The notes below the pieces were generated by a model. The model had not been told where the DNA came from. It was given only the letters and a program-made list of their open reading frames with translations, and ran no database searches. This document shows positions 58,114 to 64,000 of a stretch of 64,000 nt of DNA, in pieces; the first letter of the stretch is position 1, and each line of letters opens with the position of its first letter. The stretch lies in assembly GCA_964596525.1 (NCBI GenBank), contig CAZQUL010000001.1:742509-806508 (forward strand). Direction: 5' to 3'. The translations under genes were made by a program, and so were the position numbers. Source of the stretch: an uncultured Gammaproteobacteria bacterium (GTDB lineage Bacteria > Patescibacteriota > Patescibacteriia > Magasanikbacterales > GWA2-37-8).

Positions 58114-58956
58114 ATGACGGATGTAACCATTGTTTTGGTCAATTATTACGGCAAACAAGACATTAACCAAGCGCTCCGCTCGGTTTTTAAGGATATTGAG
58201 CATGGTGCTTACACCGTCCAGGTTGTTGTTGTCGACAATTCGACTAATGAAGACGGTATCGGCAAAATGCTCTACAACGAGTTTCCCCGCGTCGCGTATA
58301 TTAATCCGGGCAAAAATCTAGGATTTGGCAAAGGAACGACGCTTGGTTTTAAGAGTTTTCCGGCCCGTTACTATTTTGCTCTCAATCCCGATACGCTTTT
58401 GCCAGAAGGGTCAAACGTCATTGGGCGCATGGTGCGTTTCATGGATGAGCATCCTAAAATCGGTGCGATCGGCCCCAAGCTCGTGTATATGGATGGCACC
58501 GTGCAGCAGTCCTGCTTTCGGTTTGACATCGGCTCCATTCTCGTCAAACCGTTTCGCCAGCTGAATTGGCACAAAAAATCCCGCTATATTGGACGGCTCA
58601 CCGAGCGCCTGGCTATGGAAGATTTTTCGCATGATCGTACGCAGCCGGTTGACTGGATGCTGGGCGCTGCGCTTATGGTGCGCCAAGAGGTAGTAGATGC
58701 AGTGGGTTGGTTTGACGAGCGTTTTTTCATGTATCTCGAAGACTGCGATTGGTGTCGTAGCATGTGGGATGCTGGCTGGCCTGTCTATTACGTCCATGAC
58801 ATCGTAGTCAAACATCGCTATGAACGCGGTGCAGCCAAAGTACCGGGCGGCTTCCGCGCGCTTATCAAAAACCGTTTGGCCCGCATCCATCTTAAGAGTT
58901 GGTTGCAGTATTTGTGGAAATGGAAAGGGCGTTACCAATATTACGGAAAGATTTAA
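58114..58956 (+). CDS. Glycosyltransferase family 2 (WbbL-like)
   Basis: VVDNS, NLGFG, LNPD, FDERFFMYLEDCDWC. Confidence 0.92.
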   Translation: MTDVTIVLVNYYGKQDINQALRSVFKDIEHGAYTVQVVVVDNSTNEDGIGKMLYNEFPRVAYINPGKNLGFGKGTTLGFKSFPARYYFALNPDTLLPEGSNVIGRMVRFMDEHPKIGAIGPKLVYMDGTVQQSCFRFDIGSILVKPFRQLNWHKKSRYIGRLTERLAMEDFSHDRTQPVDWMLGAALMVRQEVVDAVGWFDERFFMYLEDCDWCRSMWDAGWPVYYVHDIVVKHRYERGAAKVPGGFRALIKNRLARIHLKSWLQYLWKWKGRYQYYGKI

Positions 58957-58969
58957 AACTCTGCTTTTT

Positions 58970-60052
58970 GTGCCGTCCCTTGCCGTCATATATCTTTCGT
59001 ACTACTCCGAACCGCACTTCGCGCGGTTTGTTGAGGCCCTTAAAAAAACCACCTATCCGCATGCCAAGCTGCTCGTCATCGTCGTTGACAATCTGCACCC
59101 AGCACACGGTTCGTCGGCGCCGTTCATGCAGGCGTATCTGAACCGCGAGAAAGAAGCGGGCGCTCTGCTGCCGGAAATCGTCATTTTACCGCAGGATACG
59201 AACCGCGGTTTTTCGGGTGGCGTCAATATCGGCATCCGCCGTGCGCTCGAGTGCGGTGCGGAGTATGTGTTCTTGCATAATCAGGATGGTTTTCTAGCCC
59301 CTGACGCGCTGGAAACGTTAGTCGTATCGTTCAAAGCCGACGAGCGTATCGGTGCGGTGCAGGCTCTTATGAAGTATCCCGAAACGGACCGGGTTAATTG
59401 CGCAGGCGGGGTTTTTCATTTTTTGGGATTTGGTTACGCGCATCATATCCTGCCGGCAGCTTCTGGCCTGTTATCTCTATCAATCGGCTACGCGAGTGGG
59501 GGAGCGGTGCTCCTTCGCGCTGATGTGCTCCGCCACTACGGTCTGTGGGACGAAGATTATTTTTTATATCACGAAGATCTCGAATATTCACTGCGCCTTA
59601 AAACACTCGGGTACCGTACCGTGCTAGCACCTCACGCAGTTTTTTATCATCAGTACGAATTTTCGCGCAATAAAAATAAATGGTTTTTCATGGAACGTAA
59701 CCGCTGGGGACTTCTTTTGACCTATTACAAAGTACCAACGCTTCTTATCCTTGCCCCAAGTTTGATTGTGGCCGAAATCGGGGTTTGGATTCTAGCTATT
59801 ATTCAAGGGTGGAGCCGTGAGAAATTCCGCGCGACGGCGTATTGGTTTTCGTTTAATCATCTTCGGTTGTGGCTTCGCAAACGCCGTATCGTGCAACAAC
59901 AACGCAGGGTGGGGGACCGCGAACTTCTATTATCTGCGGTGAGTGAAATTTCGCTTGAGAATACCGCCTCTCGTTCTTCTTTTTTTGCGCAACTTGCGAA
60001 CCCGATTTTGAAAGGCATTTTCTGGATGGTTAGAATGCTGGTGCGGTGGTAG
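58970..60052 (+). CDS. Glycosyltransferase family 2
   Basis: NRGFSGGVN, HNQD, DEDYFLYHEDLEYSLR; GTG start inferred. Confidence 0.88.
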   Translation: MPSLAVIYLSYYSEPHFARFVEALKKTTYPHAKLLVIVVDNLHPAHGSSAPFMQAYLNREKEAGALLPEIVILPQDTNRGFSGGVNIGIRRALECGAEYVFLHNQDGFLAPDALETLVVSFKADERIGAVQALMKYPETDRVNCAGGVFHFLGFGYAHHILPAASGLLSLSIGYASGGAVLLRADVLRHYGLWDEDYFLYHEDLEYSLRLKTLGYRTVLAPHAVFYHQYEFSRNKNKWFFMERNRWGLLLTYYKVPTLLILAPSLIVAEIGVWILAIIQGWSREKFRATAYWFSFNHLRLWLRKRRIVQQQRRVGDRELLLSAVSEISLENTASRSSFFAQLANPILKGIFWMVRMLVRW

Positions 60053-60065
60053 TGGTATTGTATTA

Positions 60066-60174
60066 CGTCATTGCGAGGAAGGAGTTAGACGACTGACGAA
60101 GCAATCCCCTTGATACAAGAGTGCGCTCTAAAGCACGAAGGGGTTGCTTCGTCGCTACGCTCTTCGCAATGACG
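60066..60174. repeat. CGTC-tagged REP-like palindromic element
   Basis: CGTCATTGCGA...TCGCAATGACG ends; shares CGAAGCAATCCC and CTTCGTCGCTACGCTC with the 24014 copy. Confidence 0.85.
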
Positions 60175-60297
60175 CTGCTAAAAGTGCTTCTTGCTAATAG
60201 ATCTTGACCACGATAAGCTTTTCTGCTACATTCAAATGTTCTTTGCGCATGTGCGCGGAGAAGCTAAAACGCGCTTTGACAATCAGAAGGAGAAGCC

Positions 60298-61458
60298 ATG
60301 TCGTCGCTTCTAAACGCCGAACAGATTCGGTCGCTCTTGTCTACCGACATTACCCTTGTTGCCGACCACATTGCCCTTTCTACACAAGCTTCGAGCCCGA
60401 TTCTGCGCCTGGGCTCGATTGAAATCAAGGCTCGGTTGCGCTGGGACGGACCATTTACGGTGGCCTCAGACGGCAATGGCATCGTTGCTGATTGGTCTGA
60501 GGTGCTCGATTTCAGCGATCTTACGATCTGGATTCAGCGTGGCTTCATCAATGTTGCCAAGTCGGTTTTTAGCCGGCAGCAACTCGACCGGATTCTCGCC
60601 GGGCTGGAAGCCTTTGAGTACCCGAAGGCTCCGGCGGACGATGCCCGGGAGTACGAGAAGCAGCGGGCTTACGATCAGTGGTCTGAAGAAAACACCAGTT
60701 TTCACAACCTGCTCTCAGTACTCTCTACCGTCGGTGCTACAGACCAGGATTTCGTGCGGGTTTGGCGCAAGGTGCGGAGGATAAAACTCTCGACCTACTC
60801 AGATAATTCGCGCTGGCCGTATTATAGCCGGCTCTCGGAGGCGCACTGCATTCCGCAGGGCTCCGTTCGTTCGTTTACGACGGCACTCCTCACGTCGTGT
60901 CCGCCCTACAGCCTGCATCTCGAGAATAACGAGCTCAATCCGCTCGTTCGCGCCGAGATCATCCGTCGGCGGTTTAAGAGTGTGAAGCGTGCAACCGTTA
61001 AGGACATGCCGCTGTGGGGAAAGCTCACGATCGGCTCCATCCAGCTCGAGAAGCGGAAGCGAGTCTGTTACAATGGCGAGCGACTGGCTCGTTACACGTT
61101 CGCGTTGAAGCATCAGGCTGGAGAGATTCCCGACCAGTTTCCCTCCGATGCGCTCGTGATTCCCGATACGGCTACTGGTCGTATTCCGCCGCTTGCACTC
61201 GAGCTCTATCTCTTGCCTAATGGGCAGAAAATCGGAGCCCTTTATTTCCTTGTTGACCAGGACACCAACGACGAGGAAATCGATTTTATGTATGTGGTGC
61301 CAGCCAAGGATATCGATCGCCTCTTTGACGACGAGTTCGTTCGGTCGCGCGCGGCTGAGCAGCTTGAAGAGTTGAAGATCGATCTTGAGTGCGCCCGTCG
61401 GGCGGTGAAGATGCATAAGAAACGCATTGGCTACGTCAAGAACTACCTGGCGCGCTAG
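60298..61458 (+). CDS. Orphan hypothetical protein (SD-led)
   Basis: 386-aa ORF; SD AAGGAG; TTGACC-17-TACATT promoter. Confidence 0.75.
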   Translation: MSSLLNAEQIRSLLSTDITLVADHIALSTQASSPILRLGSIEIKARLRWDGPFTVASDGNGIVADWSEVLDFSDLTIWIQRGFINVAKSVFSRQQLDRILAGLEAFEYPKAPADDAREYEKQRAYDQWSEENTSFHNLLSVLSTVGATDQDFVRVWRKVRRIKLSTYSDNSRWPYYSRLSEAHCIPQGSVRSFTTALLTSCPPYSLHLENNELNPLVRAEIIRRRFKSVKRATVKDMPLWGKLTIGSIQLEKRKRVCYNGERLARYTFALKHQAGEIPDQFPSDALVIPDTATGRIPPLALELYLLPNGQKIGALYFLVDQDTNDEEIDFMYVVPAKDIDRLFDDEFVRSRAAEQLEELKIDLECARRAVKMHKKRIGYVKNYLAR

Positions 61459-61530
61459 ATCGCGAAACCAACGGAGGTCCCATGAAGAACCTGCTGTACG
61501 GACGAACAATTCCCTTAGGGAGGTTCGTCC

Positions 61531-61791
61531 ATGTCCACCTGCGCTCGTTCTCGCTTCCGTCCCGCTAACTCTACGCTTAGCCTCGATGAGATCGAAGAGC
61601 ACTTCTTCCTCGTGGAGTGCCGTTCTGACCTCGGTTCCATCGAACACATTCGCGGCTACATGCGCGACTGGTGGCCGGGTGTCAACAACAATTCCCGCCA
61701 CGTCGAACCGCGGTACAAAGACGTGCGCCGGGGCAGGGCGCGGTCCTTCGTGACCCGCACGCACCGCATCCGCCACGCTCGCGGCTCCTAG
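61531..61791 (+). CDS. Small Arg-rich hypothetical protein (SD-led)
   Basis: SD GGGAGGT; followed directly by a terminator. Confidence 0.6.
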   Translation: MSTCARSRFRPANSTLSLDEIEEHFFLVECRSDLGSIEHIRGYMRDWWPGVNNNSRHVEPRYKDVRRGRARSFVTRTHRIRHARGS

Positions 61792-61795
61792 TTCA

Positions 61796-61817
61796 GCGCA
61801 CCTTCGGGTGCGCTTTT
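61796..61817 (+). terminator. Intrinsic terminator
   Basis: GCGCACC-TTCG-GGTGCGC-TTTT. Confidence 0.8.
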
Positions 61818-61839
61818 CTAATTCAAGTTCGGAGAAATC

Positions 61840-61903
61840 AAAAAACCCAGACGCCGACGATGCTTCCAAAAGATTTAGAAGTATCGTCGGCTGACGTCTG
61901 GGT
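61840..61903 (-). terminator. Long hairpin terminator for 62002-62478
   Basis: ACCCAGACG..GCCGACGAT...ATCGTCGGCGTCTGGGT followed by a T-run on the minus strand. Confidence 0.75.
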
Positions 61904-62001
61904 CTTTGACGCGGACGGGCCGATCACGGGAATCTACGAGTGTGAGTGTTGGGTGGGATCAGCCGCGCGCGGCGCGGGCGAGGGGTTGGCGGCGGTCGCT
62001 C

Positions 62002-62478
62002 TTAGCGGGAGAAGAAGTTGTGCATCTCCGGTCCGTACTTGCGGTTGAGGTAGGTGCGGGTTGACGCGCCTGACTTCACGCCGCGGACGCGCTCGATCTC
62101 CTTGTCGCTCATCTGGACGGTCTTGATCGCGGTGGCCAGGTCGTACTTGGTGTAGACCCGGAACTCGATGCCACGCTTGTGGCCGACTTCACGGACCTTG
62201 GCGTTGACCATGTGCAGGCTCTTGCCGGTCTGCTGTGCCAGCTTCTCAGCCTGCTCCCGACTTAGGATTGGGTTGGGATCACGCGCGAGCACGACCTTGC
62301 GGACGAACTCGTTGATCACGTCCATCTGGCGCTGGTCCCAGCCACGCTGCTTCGAGCGGGGCGGTTCGGCGAACGGCAGGATCAGTCCGTCGTTCTTGGC
62401 GTACAGCTTGGTGTAGAGGTTCTCCTTGTTGGCTGTGCCGTTGGTGCCTAGGTCGGTATTTGAAACTACGAATCGCAT
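62002..62478 (-). CDS. Basic orphan protein with a homeodomain-like HTH region (SD-led)
   Basis: SD GAGG; TTGACA-17-TATCCT promoter; strongly C/G-ending codons; NPILSREQAEKLAQQTGKSLHMVN. Confidence 0.75.
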   Translation of the reverse strand: MRFVVSNTDLGTNGTANKENLYTKLYAKNDGLILPFAEPPRSKQRGWDQRQMDVINEFVRKVVLARDPNPILSREQAEKLAQQTGKSLHMVNAKVREVGHKRGIEFRVYTKYDLATAIKTVQMSDKEIERVRGVKSGASTRTYLNRKYGPEMHNFFSR

Positions 62479-62688
62479 CGTTGCCTCACAACTCCGCCTT
62501 ACGGGGGCGGATTTCAATGATCGGCAGTAGGATGAGGCTCTCATCCCACAACCGAGCACGGAACAAACTAGGATACCACATTTTACCGCTCTTGTCAAGA
62601 GTAGATAAGTGTTTGTGCTTATCTTGTCCACCGCCCGCTTTTTTGCTACACTAGCCTCATCTTTTTCTTCTTTTAATATAGGTAATGT

Positions 62689-63789
62689 ATGTTTTTACAA
62701 CGTGCTCAGTGGGGGGTCGTAGCACTGCTTGGAATGCTCATCACGCTTGGTGCCTCATGTTTGCCGGGGTTTGGAGGTAGTTCGTCGGCAGCACTTGGCC
62801 CGACCGGTATGTTCCGTTCCGATGATCGCGGTGAGCGTTGGAAGGAAATCAACACCCTCCCGACCGCCCAAGGCAACCAGAGCCTTAACCGCCTTAAGGT
62901 TTACCGCATATTTTCGGATCCGGGCGACCCGAACGCTCTCTACGTCGCCACCCGCGGCCAGGGCCTCTACTACACCTATGACCAGGGTGAAACCTGGCGT
63001 ACGGCTCCGGATTTGGCCAATCGCTTCATTTACAGTGTGGCTGTAGACTACAAAGACAAATGTACCATCTACGTTACCGACGGTACCGGCATCTTTAAAA
63101 CCACGGATTGTACCCGCACCTGGAAAGCCGTGTATGCTCACCAGACCCCAGCCGACCGCCTCGTTTCGGTGGCTATCGACTACGGCAATCCGCAGCTTCT
63201 CTACGCTGCTACGCAGAACGGCACGGTGCTCGTCAGTTCCGATGCCGGCGGCAGCTGGAAAACCGTCAAACGCCTGCCCTTTATCGTCGAATCGCTCGTG
63301 AGCGACCCGCTCACCCCGCGCCGCATTTATGTAGCTGGCCGCGAAGACGGCTTGGTCCGCTCCGACGATGCTGGTATCACCTGGAAGGACCTGCGCGAAA
63401 CCATGACCAAATACGCCGAAGCCAAGACGTTCTATCGTATCTTTGTCCACCCGAGCAAAAAAGACAGCTTGTTCTGGGTCTCTAAATATGGCATCCTGCG
63501 CTCCGATGACGCGGGCGTGACCTGGAAAGAAATCCCACTGATTTCGGCGCCAGGCTCGGTATCTATCTACGCTTTCGGCATCAACCCAGCCAACGACAGC
63601 GAACTCTACTACACTTCTACCATCCTCGGTGAAGACGGTGCGCCGTTGCGCTCCACCTTCTACCGCTCCTTGGATGGCGGTAAGAACTGGGTAACCAAAA
63701 AATTGCCCACCAACACCATTCCCGTAGCCTTGCATGTGCATACGGCCGGCAATGGCACCATCACTCTCGGTTTCACGGTTACCGACTAA
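62689..63789 (+). CDS. Lipoprotein with BNR/Asp-box repeats (YCF48/sialidase-like beta-propeller)
   Basis: LGASC lipobox; repeated SxDxGxxW. Confidence 0.88.
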   Translation: MFLQRAQWGVVALLGMLITLGASCLPGFGGSSSAALGPTGMFRSDDRGERWKEINTLPTAQGNQSLNRLKVYRIFSDPGDPNALYVATRGQGLYYTYDQGETWRTAPDLANRFIYSVAVDYKDKCTIYVTDGTGIFKTTDCTRTWKAVYAHQTPADRLVSVAIDYGNPQLLYAATQNGTVLVSSDAGGSWKTVKRLPFIVESLVSDPLTPRRIYVAGREDGLVRSDDAGITWKDLRETMTKYAEAKTFYRIFVHPSKKDSLFWVSKYGILRSDDAGVTWKEIPLISAPGSVSIYAFGINPANDSELYYTSTILGEDGAPLRSTFYRSLDGGKNWVTKKLPTNTIPVALHVHTAGNGTITLGFTVTD

Positions 63790-63818
63790 TCAACTCATCA
63801 ACGTTAAACGTACTGGTT

Positions 63819-64000
63819 ATGACTATCCATGAACACAAGCAAGATTTTGCTGCCGTTATCGAATTCCTCAAGACCGATATTGCTGGTTTGCGTACCGGCC
63901 GCGCTTCGGCCGCCATGCTCGAAACCATTACTGTCGAAGCCTACGGCAGCCGGCAGCCAGTGAAAGCTGTCGCCTCTATCGTTATTTCGGACCCCAAAAC
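63819..64000 (+). CDS. frr: Ribosome recycling factor (3' end outside the window)
   Basis: Translated by hand: ...LKTDIAGLRTGRAS..ML..ITVEAYG....KAVASI. Confidence 0.92.
   Translation, partial: MTIHEHKQDFAAVIEFLKTDIAGLRTGRASAAMLETITVEAYGSRQPVKAVASIVISDPK

Noticed and set aside
21001-62000. Integron cassette interpretation of the orphan units and their long downstream hairpins
   Set aside because: No integrase, no consistent RYYYAAC/GTTRRRY attC boxes, genes are dispersed and carry their own promoters
1-64000. CRISPR array, tRNA/rRNA genes, transposases, prophage genes
   Set aside because: None recognised by eye; the repeats found are isolated palindromes, not regularly spaced arrays

Overview
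Bacterial chromosomal window with a gene set typical of Patescibacteria/CPR, probably Parcubacteria/ABY1-like (inferred from the CxxC-x17-CxxC protein, short AlaRS, VirD4/TraD-like ATPase, SIS-type PGI/PMI and DUF4153 protein). Positions 1-24 kb hold a large surface-glycan cluster: nucleotide-sugar enzymes, GT2/GT4 glycosyltransferases, a flippase, and ATP-grasp, deacetylase, AsnB, methyltransferase and FemAB-like tailoring enzymes. Positions 24-64 kb hold housekeeping genes (rpmA, iscS, mnmA, alaS, proS, ftsW, rfbB, frr), more GT2s and scattered orphans. Main observations: (1) two non-overlapping translation-start classes. About 47 core genes have no clear Shine-Dalgarno (SD) and carry T at -1 (TATG). 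About 13 orphan or divergent genes have an SD, never T at -1, and sit in small units with a near-consensus sigma70 promoter and usually a terminator. (2) A ~485-nt highly structured, apparently independently transcribed non-coding RNA at ~55377-55862 (-) that I cannot assign to a known family. (3) A homeodomain-like orphan protein. (4) CGTC/TGTC-tagged palindromic repeats. All calls are by eye; no database searches were run.
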